A DNA stretch of 64,000 bases from an uncultured Alphaproteobacteria bacterium (lineage in GTDB: Bacteria > Pseudomonadota > Alphaproteobacteria > Rhizobiales > Aestuariivirgaceae): positions 21,142-85,141 of the forward strand of contig CAWDUC010000010.1 of NCBI GenBank assembly GCA_963805405.1. The letters are read 5' to 3'. Positions 34,115 through 45,688 of this stretch are shown here, piece after piece (position 1 is the stretch's first letter; each line of letters begins with the position of its first letter). A program made the position numbers and the translations under genes. The notes below the pieces were generated by a model. It saw only the letters and a program-made list of their open reading frames with translations. It was not told the DNA's origin and searched no databases.

Positions 34115-34247
34115 GCCGCCTGTTTAGCGCATCTAAGGCCAAAGGGTAGCGGCTTCGGCAAGGCCCGCGTCAACGGGCTTGAGCGCGGCGCCGCCACTGT
34201 CTAACCTGCCTTTCCGGCCCTGAAGGTCGGCTCGAGAGTGGGATTTT

Positions 34248-36526
34248 ATGAGTATCGACAAACGGCCGAAGCGTCCGACCTTCACCGAACAGGAAGCACT
34301 GCTTTTCCATCAGCGCGGCAAGCCCGGCAAGCTTGAGATCAATCCGACCAAGCCCATGGCGACGCAGCGCGACCTATCGCTTGCCTATAGCCCGGGCGTG
34401 GCGGTGCCGGTACGGAAGATCGCCGAAAATCCCGATACGGCCTATGATTATACGACCAAGGGCAATCTCGTCGCGGTGATCTCCAACGGCACTGCGATCC
34501 TGGGGCTTCGGCGATCTGGGGGCGCTTGCCTCCAAGCCGGTGATGGAAGGCAAGGCCGTGCTCTTCAAGCGCTTCGCCGATGTCGATTCCATCGATCTTG
34601 AGATCGACACCCGCGACGTCGATGAATTTGTCGGAGCGGTGCGCTATCTGGGGCCATCCTTCGGCGGCATCAATCTCGAAGACATCAAGGCGCCCGACTG
34701 CTTCATCATCGAGCAACGCCTGCGCGAATTGATGGACATTCCGGTCTTCCATGACGACCAGCACGGCACCGCTATCATCGCGACCGCCGGTCTCATCAAT
34801 GCGCTCGAAATCACCAATCGCAATCTCAAGTCGGTGAAGCTCGTCTGCAATGGCGCAGGCGCGGCGGCCATCGCCTGCGTCGAACTCATCAAGTCGATGG
34901 GAATGCCGGGGGAGAACATCATTCTCGCCGATTCCAAGGGTGTCATCTACAAGGGTCGCACCGATGGCATGAACCAATGGAAGTCGGCCCATGCGGTCGA
35001 GACCAAGGCGCGCAGCCTGGCCGATGCGCTCGAAGGCGCGGATATCTTCCTCGGCCTCTCTGTCGCTGGTGCTCTCACGCCTGCAATGGTCAAGAACATG
35101 GCGGCAAATCCGATCATCTTCGCCATGGCCAATCCCGATCCCGAGATCACGCCCGAAGATGCCGCAAGCATAAGGAGCGACGTCATCATCGCCACCGGGC
35201 GGTCCGACTATCCCAACCAGATCAACAATGTTCTGGGCTTTCCCTATATTTTCAGGGGCGCGCTCGATGTCCGCGCCCGCACCATCAACGACGAGATGAA
35301 GATCGCCGCCGCCCGCGCCTTGGCTGCGCTTGCGCGCGAGGACGTGCCCGATGAAGTCGCCGCCGCCTATTCCGGAACGCGCCTGCAATTCGGTCCGGGC
35401 TATTTGATTCCGGTACCTTTCGATCCGCGGCTCATTTCGCGCATTCCGGTGGCGGTCGCCAAGGCGGCGATGGAATCGGGCGTTGCGAGGAAGCATATTT
35501 CCGATCTCGACGACTATGCGGCGCAACTCTCCGCACGTCTCGATCCGATCGCCGGCACCTTGCAGAACATCTATGGCCAGGTGCGCGTCAAGCCGCGGCG
35601 CGTGGTCTTTGCCGAGGGCGAGGAAGATCGCATGATCCGCGCCGCCAACAGCTTTGCCAATAACGGGCTGGGCACCGCGGTGTTGATCGGCCGCGAGGAC
35701 CACATCCAGACGACGCTCGCCGCCAATCGGCTTGAGCTCCACGACAATGTCGAGATCCTCAATGCGCGCATTTCCGAGCGCAACATCGATTACGCCAATT
35801 TTCTCTATGAGCGCCTGCAGCGCGACGGCTTTCTTTTCCGCGATTGCCAGCGTCTCGTCAATCAGGACCGCAATGTCTTCGCTGCCTGCATGGTGGCGCT
35901 CGGCGATGCCGATGCCCTGGTGACGGGATTGACGCGCAATTTCTCGATCGCGCTCGATAATGTCAGGCGTGCCATCGACGAGCGTCCCGGCCACCGCCCG
36001 ATCGGCGTGTCGATGGCCTTGGTGCGCGGCCGCACGGTCTTCATCGCCGATACCTCGATCCATGAATTGCCGACTTCCGAGGAGTTGGCCGATATCGCGC
36101 AGGAGGCGGCGGGCGTGGCGCGTCGCTTCGGCTATGAGCCGCGCGTCGCCTTCCTGTCCTACTCGACCTTCGGCTATCCGCGCGGCGAGCGCGCCGAATA
36201 TGTGCGAAAGGCGGTCGCCGTTCTCGACCAGCGCGATGTCGATTTCGAGTATGACGGCGAGATGGCCGCAGACGTCGCCTTGTCTCGCGAGGCGATGGCG
36301 CTCTATCCGTTCTGCAGGCTCTCGGGTCCCGCCAATGTTCTGGTCATGCCGGCCGCGCACAGTCGCCTCGATCTCGACCAAGATGCTCCAGCAATTTGGC
36401 GGGGTGACGGTGATCGGACCATTGCTTACCGGCCTCGACAAGCCGGTGCAGATTGCTTCCATGTCGGCGACCGCTTCCGATATCGTCAATCTCGCGGCGA
36501 TTGCCGCCTACGACATCAACCGCTGA
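34248..36526 (+). pseudogene. maeB: NADP-dependent malic enzyme MaeB (malic enzyme + phosphotransacetylase-like domain; frameshifts ~34505 and ~36365)
   Basis: [87 protein letters not shown] (ORF 34248..) then ...GINLEDIKAPDCFIIEQRLRELMDIPVFHDDQHGTAIIATAGLINALEI... (ORF 34540..); the C-terminal ...LQQFGGVTVIGPLLTGLDKPVQIASMSATASDIVNLAAIAAYDINR is in ORF 35960..36526. Confidence 0.9.
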
Positions 36527-37373
36527 GCCGCCAGTTCTTTTTCGCGTGCCCCGAAATGCGTATAATAGCGCGCATTGATCGCCGAGACCGGCAGCACGAT
36601 CAACACATCGACCGTGTTGAACTGCGGATCGATCGACCGCGCCCTCGCCGATATAGCAGCCGAGCCGCAGATAGCCCTTGATCAACGGCGGCAGAAGCCG
36701 GAGCGCGGCCTTGGGATCGACGTCTTCGCGCGGCAGCAGCTTCATTTCGACATAGCGTGAGGCCTGTGCGCGAACCTGCCATTCCGGCGGCGCCGCGCAG
36801 AAATGCGCAAGATAGCTCAAGGTCATCGCATGGGCCTGTGGATCGGTGCCCTCGAGGCTCGCGCAACCAAGCATGACATCGAGGCCGTGAAACCGCACAT
36901 AGTTCCAGATGCCCTGCCAGAGAAGTTCGACCACCGGCCGGGTGCGATAGGGTTTCAGCACGCAGGAGCGCCCGAGTTCAAGGAATTGGAGCTCGGGCTT
37001 GGCGGCGATCAACGGCGCGATGTTGAACTCATCCTGCGTGTAGAAGCCGCGATTGGCTTCCGCAACGCTTTGCCGCAGCAACCGATACGTGCCCACCAAG
37101 GTGCCATCCTTGACCTGTATGGGGTCGGTGATATCGGGGCGCCCTGGACTTCACAACCAGTAGATGATCGCAAATCGCATCGAATGAATCGCTGTCGCGG
37201 CGCGTGTTCCGCGACAGCTCGTCAGGCCGCGCCGACAATTCTTCGTAGAAGACGCGATAACGCAGATGCTGGGCCGCATCGATATCCGCCGCGCCGTCCG
37301 CAATTCGCACAATCAGATCGGCCTTGGCCCCAATGACACTGCCAGCCTGCATCAACCCCCGCATGTTATTCAC
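36522..37373 (-). pseudogene. GNAT-type N-acyltransferase of the OlsB/hemolysin-like family (PF13444-like; at least 2 frame changes)
   Basis: MNNMRGLMQAGSVIGAKADLIVRIADGAADIDAAQHLRYRVFYEELSARPD (ORF 37029..37373); MVGTYRLLRQS...FNIAPLIAAKPELQFLELGRSCVLKPYRTRPVVELLWQGIWNYVRFHGLDVMLGCASLEGTDP... (ORF 36344..37099); my translation of the C-terminus IDPQFNTVDVLIVLPVSAINARYYTHFGAREKELAAQRLMS* ends ~36522, overlapping the maeB stop by ~4 nt. Confidence 0.7.
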
Positions 37374-37430
37374 CTAACGGCCAAGATTGCCATAGGCGCG
37401 CCGTCAATGAAAGTTTTGCGAATATGGCGC

Positions 37431-39342
37431 TTACGCAGCGTTGGCGCGAGCAAGGAGCTTGAGAATTGCCTCTTCGAGGTCCTGGCGGTCGAATGGCTTT
37501 GTCAGATAGGCGTCCATGCCTGCCGCAAGGCACGCAGCGCGATCATCGCCGAGGGCGCTGGCGGTCAGCGCCAGGATACGGGATTCGCTTGGCTTCGGAT
37601 TGTGCCTCGAAGGCGCGGATGCGCCGCGCCGCCTCAAGCCCGTCGCATTCGGGCATTTCGATATCCATGATGATGAGATCGGGCTGCATGCCGCCTTCGA
37701 TTTGTGCGATTGCAGCACTCCCGGAGGTCACATGGATGACCTGGTGGCCGGCCTTCTCGATCATCGTTCGGGCGAGAAGCGCATTGACGGGATTGTCTTC
37801 GGCCAGCAGCACGCGGAGCCGTTTCTGTGGCTTGGCCGCCATGGCTAGACGGCGAAGGTCTGAGACAGCATCCTCGATTGTTTGATCGTCGCGGGCCGTC
37901 AATTGCCTGAGCAGCGTCGAGCGCCGTACCGGCTTGATGAGATACCCCGCCATCGGAAAGCTCAGGAGAGGTCGCAATTGCCGACGTTCCTCCGGATGGA
38001 GCAGCAGCCAAACCTGCTTCCCCGCCGGTGCCGACTTGCTGTTGCGGGCTTTCCAGGAGGTAAGGATTGCCGAATAGCGAGCATCGCAGATGAGGGCCGC
38101 GGCGTCGTCGCGCTTCTTGCGCAGCAGCGCTTCACGAAGCTCTTCGGGTCCTGCGAGGAGAAGCACGCTCGCTCCCATTTCCTCGAGATTGGCCCGCATG
38201 CATTGTGCAACTTGGGAAGATGGAATTGCCAATTCATAGTGGCGTCCGGCCAGTGGCGTTTCGGCTTGCGCCACCTCTGTCGCTTCGCTCGGCAGCGCGA
38301 TGGTGAAGGTGAAGACCGTGCCCTCTCCGGGCCGGCTTTCGACCTGCAGTCCGCCGCCCATCAGATCCACCAGATTGCGCGCAATCGGCAAACCGAGGCC
38401 GGTCCCGCCAAAACGGCGCACCGTATCGGCGCCAGCCTGCACAAAATCCTCGAACACGCGGCCGAGTTCCTCCTGACTCATGCCGATGCCGGTATCGCGC
38501 AGCTCGAATGTGATTGCGCCAGCCTTGTCTTTGCCGCAGCTCACCATGATTGCGACGCCGCCCGTTTCGGTGAACTTGATCGCATTGCCGGCGAGGTTCA
38601 GAAGGATCTGGCGCAGGCGCAACTCGTCGCCGCGCACGATCGTCGCGCATTGCCGCGAGACATGACAGGCGATCTCGATCCCCTTGGCATGGGCGCGCGG
38701 CGCCAGCAATTCGGTCACGCTCTCGACGAGGGCGGCGAGATTGAAAGGCTGCTCGTCGAGATCCATGCGCCCCGATTCGATTTTCGAAGTATCGAGGATC
38801 TCATCGATGATCGACAGCAATGCGCGGCCCGAGGAATCAGCGGCGATTGCGTAATTCTTCTGCTCGGGCGTCAGATGCGTCTCGAGTATCAGGCCGACCA
38901 TGCCGAGAACACCGTTCATCGGTGTGCGGATTTCGTGGCTCATGGCTGCGAGGAAGCGTGACTTGGCTTTGTTCGATGCCTCCGCCTTGTCGCGATGACG
39001 TTCGGCTTCACGGGCGGCATTGCGCAGTGCGGCAAGCTTCGTGCTTGTCGCCACCCCAAGTCCGATGAGGCCGATCACAACGCCCAGCGCAACACCGAGG
39101 AGGATTGCCAGTGCAGGATGGTCAGGGAGAAGGATCGATGCGGCAATGACGGCGCCGAAAAGCACGAGCGCAATCGCTGCCATGGCGAGGCCGAAGCGTC
39201 GCGTCAGCGTGGCTTCGGCCAGGACGGCCAATCCGCGCCTCCATGATCCGGACGGAAGCGGCCCGCCCTCTGTCATCTGCACCGGAACCTCGTTCAGACC
39301 CATGCCTGTTGTTGCGGCACCTTCACATGCGGCGGTATGCAA
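37431..39342 (-). pseudogene. hybrid sensor histidine kinase/response regulator (frameshift ~37570 inside the receiver domain)
   Basis: HisKA (RFLAAMSHEIRTPMNGVLGM), HATPase_c (LAGNAIKFTETGGV...DTGIGM...GGTGLGL), receiver RVLLAEDNPVNALLARTMIEKAGHQV...[22 protein letters not shown]; the receiver C-terminus [29 protein letters not shown] is in ORF 37431..37718. Confidence 0.85.
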
Positions 39343-39407
39343 AAACTTAACCGCTGATGGCAGAGTGAACGATCGGTAAATACGTGAAAAATATCGTAAA
39401 TTTGTAA

Positions 39408-40937
39408 TTATGCTGCCTGTCGCGCCAGCCCTGGGCGCTGCCGGTAGCTCAAGGCTTCTGCGATGTGAAGGCGCGATGGTTTTTCCTTGCCTTCGAGATC
39501 GGCCAAGGTACGCGCCACCCTTAACACCCGATGATAGCCCCGTGCCGACAAGGCCATCGCGTCGGCGGCCTCGCGCAACAGGCGCAAACCTTGTTCGTCG
39601 GGCCTGGCGATCTCCTCGAGCAATCCGCCATCGGCTTCGGCGTTGGTGCGAAATTGCGGCAGGCCCAGCGCCTCGAAGCGCGCCCGCTGGCGCAAGCGCG
39701 CCGCAAACACCCGCGCCGCGATGTCGGCGCTCGCCTCTTTCGGCGGCGGCAGGGTCAGGTCCGAGGCCCTGACCGCCGGCAGTTCGATCTGGATATCCAT
39801 GCGGTCGAGCAATGGACCCGATATCCGCGCCTGGTAGTCGGAAGCGCAGCGCGGACCCCGCGCGCAGGATAGGCCGGCTTCGCTATTGCCGCATTTGCAC
39901 ATGTTCATGGCCGCGATCATCTGGAAGCGCGCCGGATAGGTGACGTGATAATTGGCCCGCGCCACCAGGATTTCGCCCGATTCGAGCGGCTGGCGCAGCG
40001 ATTCGAGCACGCGGGGCTGGAATTCCGGCAACTCGTCGAGAAACAGCACGCCGTGGTGGGCGAGTGCCATTTCGCCGGGCTTGGCCTTGAGCCCGCCGCC
40101 GACCAATGCCGGCTGGCTTGCCGAATGATGCGGCGCCCGGAAAGGGCGGCGGCGCGACAGCCGGCCTTCGCCCAGTTCTCCGGCGAGCGAGGCGATCATG
40201 CTGGCTTCCAGCATCTCGCGGGCATCCATCGGCGGCAGGATGGAGGGCAGGCGCTGCGCCAGCATGGATTTGCCGGCACCCGGCGGCCCGACCATCAACA
40301 GGTGATGACCGCCGGCGGCCGCCACTTCGAGCGCGCGCTTTGCCGCCTCCTGGCCCTTGACGTCCTTGAGGTCGAGGGCTTGCGGCATGTCTTCTGCAAT
40401 CGCCGGTTTTGGCCGCGACAGGACCTGGCTTCCCTTCACATGATTGATCAGTTGCACGATCGTGCCCGGCGCCAGGATATCGACATCCTCGCCCGCCCAG
40501 GCCGCCTCGGCACCGCAGGCCTTGGGACAGATGAGGCCCATATCGCGGCCATTGGCGGCCATCGCCGCCGGCAGCACGCCGGCGACGGCGGTAATCGAGC
40601 CATCGAGCGACAACTCGCCGAGCACCACATAGCGCTGCACGAAATCGGGTGGCACGATGCCCATGGCGCTGAGCACGCCAAGCGCAATCGGCAGGTCGTA
40701 ATGGCTGCCTTCCTTGGGCAAATCCGCTGGCGAGAGATTGACGGTCAATCGCCGCGCCGGCAGCGCCAGCCCTACCGCATAGAGCGCGGCACGTACCCGC
40801 TCGCGACTTTCGCCGACGGCCTTGTCGGGGAGGCCGACGATATTGAACACGACGTTGCCGGCTGATAACTGCACCTGGACATCGACCGGCATGGCCTCGA
40901 TGCCGCGGAAAGCCACCGTTGCAACATGCGATGTCAT
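39408..40937 (-). CDS. yifB: YifB/ComM family Mg-chelatase-like AAA+ ATPase
   Basis: Intact 509 aa; DLKDVKGQEAAKRALEVAAAGGHHLLMVGPPGAGKSMLAQRL, GVLFLDELPEF, ARFQMIAAMNMCKCG. Confidence 0.92.
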   Translation of the reverse strand: MTSHVATVAFRGIEAMPVDVQVQLSAGNVVFNIVGLPDKAVGESRERVRAALYAVGLALPARRLTVNLSPADLPKEGSHYDLPIALGVLSAMGIVPPDFVQRYVVLGELSLDGSITAVAGVLPAAMAANGRDMGLICPKACGAEAAWAGEDVDILAPGTIVQLINHVKGSQVLSRPKPAIAEDMPQALDLKDVKGQEAAKRALEVAAAGGHHLLMVGPPGAGKSMLAQRLPSILPPMDAREMLEASMIASLAGELGEGRLSRRRPFRAPHHSASQPALVGGGLKAKPGEMALAHHGVLFLDELPEFQPRVLESLRQPLESGEILVARANYHVTYPARFQMIAAMNMCKCGNSEAGLSCARGPRCASDYQARISGPLLDRMDIQIELPAVRASDLTLPPPKEASADIAARVFAARLRQRARFEALGLPQFRTNAEADGGLLEEIARPDEQGLRLLREAADAMALSARGYHRVLRVARTLADLEGKEKPSRLHIAEALSYRQRPGLARQAA

Positions 40938-41111
40938 GAGCGCCGTCCCCTCGCTGATAAGGCAGACCTTACCCTAGGGCGGAGATGAGCGCAAGAACAT
41001 TAATGGAACAACGGAGCGGAGGCGTCGCAGCTAGCTCGGCATCGCCTCGAATCGCGGCCTATCGAGCGGTCTCTGAGCGCTGCATTTCCTGGCACCTCAG
41101 CCTTCCAAACA

Positions 41112-42050
41112 CTATCGCCTGGCTTCTATCGCGTCCCAGATCAGCGCGGCGATATCGGCGCCGCCGAAGCGTTTGACCTGCCTGATGCCGGTCGGCGAGG
41201 TGACATTGATCTCGGTCAGATAATCGCCGATCACGTCGATGCCGACGAAGATCAATCCGCGTTCCTTGAGATCGGGTCCGATGCGCTCGCAGATTTCTCG
41301 ATCCCGCGCGGTGAGCTCCGTTGGCTCGGCGCGCCCGCCCACATGCATGTTGGAGCGGTGATCGGTGGTGGATGGCACGCGATTGATGGCGCCCGCCACT
41401 TCACCATCGACGAGAATGATGCGCTTGTCGCCTTTCCTCACTTCGGGAAGATAGCGCTGCACGATGAAGGGCTCGCGAAACGTCTGTGAGAAGAGTTCAA
41501 GCAGCGAGGCAAAATTCTGATCGCTTTCGGCAAGGCGGAAAACCCCCGCCCCGCCATTGCCGTAGAGAGGCTTGATGATGATGTCGCCGTGGGCGCGCCG
41601 AAAGGCTGCGCATTCCTCCCAGTCGCGGGTGATGAGCGTCGGCGGCATCAAGTCCGGATAGCGCAGCAGGAACAGCTTTTCCGGCGCATCGCGCACCTGC
41701 GCGGGATCGTTCACCACCAGGGTCTTGGGATGAATACGGTCCAGCATATGCGTGATGGTGATGTAATTCATGTCGAAGGGCGGATCCTGGCGCATCAGCA
41801 CAACGTCATAGGTGCCAAGATCGACGCGCCGCCGCTCGCCCAATGTCGCATGATTGCCGCGCTCGTCGCGCACACTCACATCCTGGCCGTGCGCGCTGAG
41901 GCGACCGTCTTCGAAGGCCAGGGCTTTGGGCTGGTAATAGAAGAGCTTGTGCCCGCGCTTTTGGGCTTCGAGCATGAGGGCAAAGGTTGAATCGCCCGCT
42001 ATGTCGATCGATTCGATTGGATCCATTTGGACGGCGACATTGAGCGCCAT
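41112..42050 (-). CDS. gshB: glutathione synthetase
   Basis: Intact 312 aa; [34 protein letters not shown]...[20 protein letters not shown]...[14 protein letters not shown]...ILVDGEV. Confidence 0.93.
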   Translation of the reverse strand: MALNVAVQMDPIESIDIAGDSTFALMLEAQKRGHKLFYYQPKALAFEDGRLSAHGQDVSVRDERGNHATLGERRRVDLGTYDVVLMRQDPPFDMNYITITHMLDRIHPKTLVVNDPAQVRDAPEKLFLLRYPDLMPPTLITRDWEECAAFRRAHGDIIIKPLYGNGGAGVFRLAESDQNFASLLELFSQTFREPFIVQRYLPEVRKGDKRIILVDGEVAGAINRVPSTTDHRSNMHVGGRAEPTELTARDREICERIGPDLKERGLIFVGIDVIGDYLTEINVTSPTGIRQVKRFGGADIAALIWDAIEARR

Positions 42051-42053
42051 GTT

Positions 42054-42449
42054 TTACTCTCGGGCTTCAAACGCGTTGGGAATATGGCGCGGCCAGCGGT
42101 AAGGGCTAACGCCGACGATGTCAAAGCGGCAGTCGCCTTTGATCGCGCGATGGTCGCGCGAAATCCAGAAGCGCGAGGCGGCCGAAATTCGTTTCATCTG
42201 GGCTGGTGAAACGGAGAGCAGCGCGGTGTCGAGATCGGCGCGCTGCTTCACTTCGATGAAGACCGTCGCGCGACCGCGCCGCATGATGAGATCGATCTCG
42301 CCATGCGGCGTCTTGAACCGCCGTGCCAGCAAGCGATAGCCTTTGAGGCTGAGGGCGGCGATCGCCAGCGCCTCGGCCCAATGGCCGTGGCGTTCGGCGC
42401 GCCGGCGGCGCGGATCAGTCGCCTTCTTTGAGTTCGAGGAGCCGCGCAT
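42054..42449 (-). CDS. yraN: YraN family (UPF0102) predicted endonuclease
   Basis: GHWAEALAIAALSLKGYRLLARRFKTPHGEIDLIMRRGRATVFIEVKQR; 131 aa. Confidence 0.85.
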   Translation of the reverse strand: MRGSSNSKKATDPRRRRAERHGHWAEALAIAALSLKGYRLLARRFKTPHGEIDLIMRRGRATVFIEVKQRADLDTALLSVSPAQMKRISAASRFWISRDHRAIKGDCRFDIVGVSPYRWPRHIPNAFEARE

Positions 42450-43317
42450 AGATCTCCTGCTTGCTCAGGCCGAAGCGCTTGGCAATCTCGGACGCCGCAC
42501 GGCTCGCCGGCATTGACGCGACCGCCTCGCGCAAGGCGGTATCGATCATGCGTTGCGGTGCCGCCTTGGCTTCGACGCCGGGAGGTCCGATGACGAGCGT
42601 GATCTCGCCCTTGAGGCTTTGGCGCTCCGACAAGGCTGCGCGGACCTCGGCCACCCGGCCGCGAATGACTTCTTCATGAAGCTTGGTGAGTTCGCGCCCG
42701 ACTGCCACCTCGCGATCGCCCAAAACGGCGGCAATATCTTCAAGACTGTCGGCCAGGCGGGTTGTCGTGTCGAACATGACGAGGGTCGCCTCGATGCTCT
42801 TCACCTCATCGAGGAAGTGCCGCCGTGCACCGCTGCGCGGTGGCAGGAACCCACAGAACATGAAACGATCGGGCGGTAGGGCCGAAAGTGTTAACGCGTC
42901 GAGCACCGCCGAAGCACCCGGTATGGCCGTCACCGCGATCCCGGCTTCAACCGCCCCTTGCACGAGCTTGTAACCCGGATCGGAAAGCAAAGGACTTCCC
43001 GCATCGCTCACCAAGGCAAGCGCTTGGCCGTCGGCCATCCGCGCCAGGAGTTGGGGCCGCACTTTCGCCGCATTGTGATCATGATAGGGCGAAAGACTGT
43101 TGCGAATGCCGTAGCGGTTGAGGAGTTTCGCCGTCACCCGCGTGTCTTCGCACAGGATGAGGTGGGCTGCGCTCAGGGTTTCGAGTGCGCGCAGAGTAAC
43201 GTCGCCGAGATTGCCGATGGGCGTCGCGGTTACATACAGGCCTGGGCTAAGCGGCGGCGCCTCCAAAACGGCTGCGCCTATGCTATAGCGGTGGGGCGGT
43301 TGGGTGATTTGCGCCAT
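42415..43317 (-). CDS. rsmI: 16S rRNA (cytidine1402-2'-O)-methyltransferase
   Basis: GLYVTATPIGNLGDVTLRALETLSAAHLILCEDTRVTAKLL...ALVSDAGSPLLSDPGYKLV; intact ~300 aa. Confidence 0.92.
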   Translation of the reverse strand: MAQITQPPHRYSIGAAVLEAPPLSPGLYVTATPIGNLGDVTLRALETLSAAHLILCEDTRVTAKLLNRYGIRNSLSPYHDHNAAKVRPQLLARMADGQALALVSDAGSPLLSDPGYKLVQGAVEAGIAVTAIPGASAVLDALTLSALPPDRFMFCGFLPPRSGARRHFLDEVKSIEATLVMFDTTTRLADSLEDIAAVLGDREVAVGRELTKLHEEVIRGRVAEVRAALSERQSLKGEITLVIGPPGVEAKAAPQRMIDTALREAVASMPASRAASEIAKRFGLSKQEIYARLLELKEGD

Positions 43318-43343
43318 CGCGGGAAGAAGGGGCTGAAAAGGTT

Positions 43344-44540
43344 ATGACAATATCGGCCGTCCTGGCCAGTCTAGCGCAGCATCCGGTCTTTCGGGAATGG
43401 CGATATGTTCTGTTCGGCGCACTGGGCTTGTTGCTCGCCGCCTGCAGCTCGTCGAACAATATGGGCAATCTCTTCAGCGACGATCAGTCGGTCGCCAATA
43501 TCCCGACCGGCGGCAGCAAGGTAGCGCTCCTCCTGCCGCTCTCGGCAACGGTCGAGACGCAAAAGATTGCAACCGCCCTCAAGCAGTCGGCTGAAATGGC
43601 GCTTATCGATGCCGGCAATCCCGGCATTACCCTTATCACCAAGGATACCGGCGGTACGCCCGGTGGCGCCAAGGCTGCCGCCGAAGCCGCGATCAATGAA
43701 GGCGCCGAACTGATCCTCGGTCCGCTGCTTTCCACCGAAGTCCAGGCCGTCTCGCCGATCGCGCGTGCGCGGGGCATTAATGTCGTGGCTTTTTCGTCGG
43801 TGAGTTCGGTGGCGGGTTCGGGGACTTTCCTCTTGGCCTTCTTGCCCGAAGAAGAAGTTGGCCGCGTCGTGCGTTATGCCTCGTCCAAGGGCATCCGCAA
43901 TATTGCGGCACTCTACCCGCAGACCCAGTATGGCCAGAAAGTCGAGCAGGCGCTCACCCGCTCGGCTTCGGACTATGGCGCATCCATCGCTGCCGTCGAG
44001 CGCTACCCGCGCCAGCAGGCCGGCCTTTCCAATGCCGTCGCCTCTCTCACCACCGCCATGTCGGCCGACCGCGCCGACGCGCTCTTTCTGCCTGAAGGCG
44101 GCGACATCCTGCGCGCTTTGAGCACCGATCTCGAGCAGAAGGGGATTACGCCGCAATCGACCAAGATCCTCGGTACCGGCCTTTGGTATGACCGCGCCAC
44201 GGCTTCGATCCCGATCGCTCGGGGCGGCTGGTATGCCGGCGTTTCGCCGGAAATGATCGGCAAGTTCGAAAGCCGCTATGCGAAAAACTATGGCAGCAAG
44301 CCGCCGGCCATTGCGAGCCTAGCCTATGACGCGGTGGGCTTGGCCGTCACGCTCAAGAAGACGCGGAGCGGTTTTAGCGGTGCGGCGATCACCAACACGC
44401 TCGGCTTCCAGGGCCAGAACGGCATCTTCCGCTTCCGCCAGAACGGCTTGTGCGAACGCGGCCTCGCCATCCTCGAAATCACCGAAAGCGGCCCGCGGGT
44501 GATCTCGCCGGCGCCGACCCGCTTCGACAGCGGCAGCTAG
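43344..44540 (+). CDS. penicillin-binding protein activator LpoA-like / periplasmic-binding-protein fold lipoprotein (divergent from rsmI)
   Basis: 398 aa; lipoprotein-like N-terminus (LLLAACSSS), type-I periplasmic binding fold (KVALLLPLSA...GAELILGPLLSTEV...VVAFSS...); the rsmI/yraN/lpoA-type arrangement is as in enterobacterial yraL-yraM-yraN. Confidence 0.65.
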   Translation: MTISAVLASLAQHPVFREWRYVLFGALGLLLAACSSSNNMGNLFSDDQSVANIPTGGSKVALLLPLSATVETQKIATALKQSAEMALIDAGNPGITLITKDTGGTPGGAKAAAEAAINEGAELILGPLLSTEVQAVSPIARARGINVVAFSSVSSVAGSGTFLLAFLPEEEVGRVVRYASSKGIRNIAALYPQTQYGQKVEQALTRSASDYGASIAAVERYPRQQAGLSNAVASLTTAMSADRADALFLPEGGDILRALSTDLEQKGITPQSTKILGTGLWYDRATASIPIARGGWYAGVSPEMIGKFESRYAKNYGSKPPAIASLAYDAVGLAVTLKKTRSGFSGAAITNTLGFQGQNGIFRFRQNGLCERGLAILEITESGPRVISPAPTRFDSGS

Positions 44541-45688
44541 CGCGCCAGTTCCGCGATCACCGCATTGAGAAGGCGCCGGCCCTTAGCCGTGGCCTTGAGC
44601 ATTTGATCGGACTGGGCAACAAGCCCTAGCGCGGCGAGCCCGTCGATCCGCGCCTGGTCGAGCGGTCGGCCGGCAAGCCTCTGATAGCGAGCGAGATCGA
44701 TGCCGTCGCTCACCCGCATGCCCATCAGCAGCATCTCGTCGGCCTGCTCGGGCCCTGACAATGGATCATCCGTGATGATGCCGTTGCCCGTCTCCATCAC
44801 GCGCTTCAACCAGGTTTCGGGATGCTTCTCGGCGGCAAGTGCGCGCTTCGTATCGTCGGTCGTGAAGCGGCTATGGGCGCCCGGACCGACCCCGGCATAC
44901 TCGCCATACTGCCAGTAATGCAGGTTGTGTCGCGATTTATCGCCGGGCCGCGCATGGTTTGAAACTTCATAGGCCTGCAGGCCCGCTTTGGCGGTGAGTT
45001 CCTGCGTGACCTCGTAGAGTGCCGCGCCCGTCTCATCGCTGGGCACCGCGAGCTTCCCCTCCGCATGGAGGCGCGCGAAGGCAGTGTCGGGCTCGATGGT
45101 GAGCTGATAGAGCGACATATGGCCCTGCTGTTCGGCCAGCGCCTGTCCAAGTTCGGCAGCCCAGGCTTTTTCGCTCTGGCCGGGTCGCGCATAGATGAGA
45201 TCGAAGGACGAGCGCGGAAAAATCTTCGCCGCCAGGCGATAGGCCTTAAGCGCTTCATCGACGCTGTGCTGGCGTCCCAGCATGCGCAGGCTCTCGGCAT
45301 CGAGCGCTTGCACGCCGACCGAGACACGATTGATGCCGGCGGTACGATAGCCGCGGAAATTCTCGGCCTCCACGCTCGTTGGATTGGCCTCAAGTGTCGC
45401 CTCGACATCTGCCGCCAGCGTCCATAAGGAAGCGATCCGGTCGAGCAAGAGCGCAACCATGGCCGGCGGCATCAAGGACGGCGTGCCGCCGCCGAAAAAG
45501 ATGCTGGTCACGATGCGATCCGGGCTTTGCGCGGCAAACCACGCCAACTCTTGTGCGATTGCTTCGGTAAAGCGATTCGAGTCGATACCTTGATGCCTTA
45601 CATGCGAGTTGAAATCGCAATAAGGGCATTTGGCCTTGCAGAAAGGCCAATGCAAATAGATGCCGAGATTGCGCTCAGAACAGGTCAT
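44537..45688 (-). CDS. hemW: radical SAM family heme chaperone HemW (oxygen-independent coproporphyrinogen III oxidase-like)
   Basis: [22 protein letters not shown] (CxxxCxxC radical SAM), [10 protein letters not shown]; intact. Confidence 0.9.
   Translation of the reverse strand: MTCSERNLGIYLHWPFCKAKCPYCDFNSHVRHQGIDSNRFTEAIAQELAWFAAQSPDRIVTSIFFGGGTPSLMPPAMVALLLDRIASLWTLAADVEATLEANPTSVEAENFRGYRTAGINRVSVGVQALDAESLRMLGRQHSVDEALKAYRLAAKIFPRSSFDLIYARPGQSEKAWAAELGQALAEQQGHMSLYQLTIEPDTAFARLHAEGKLAVPSDETGAALYEVTQELTAKAGLQAYEVSNHARPGDKSRHNLHYWQYGEYAGVGPGAHSRFTTDDTKRALAAEKHPETWLKRVMETGNGIITDDPLSGPEQADEMLLMGMRVSDGIDLARYQRLAGRPLDQARIDGLAALGLVAQSDQMLKATAKGRRLLNAVIAELAR

Noticed and set aside
34339-36489. 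716-aa minus-strand ORF antisense to maeB
   Set aside because: Same GC-driven antisense artefact; no domain-like motifs, whereas maeB on the plus strand matches throughout.
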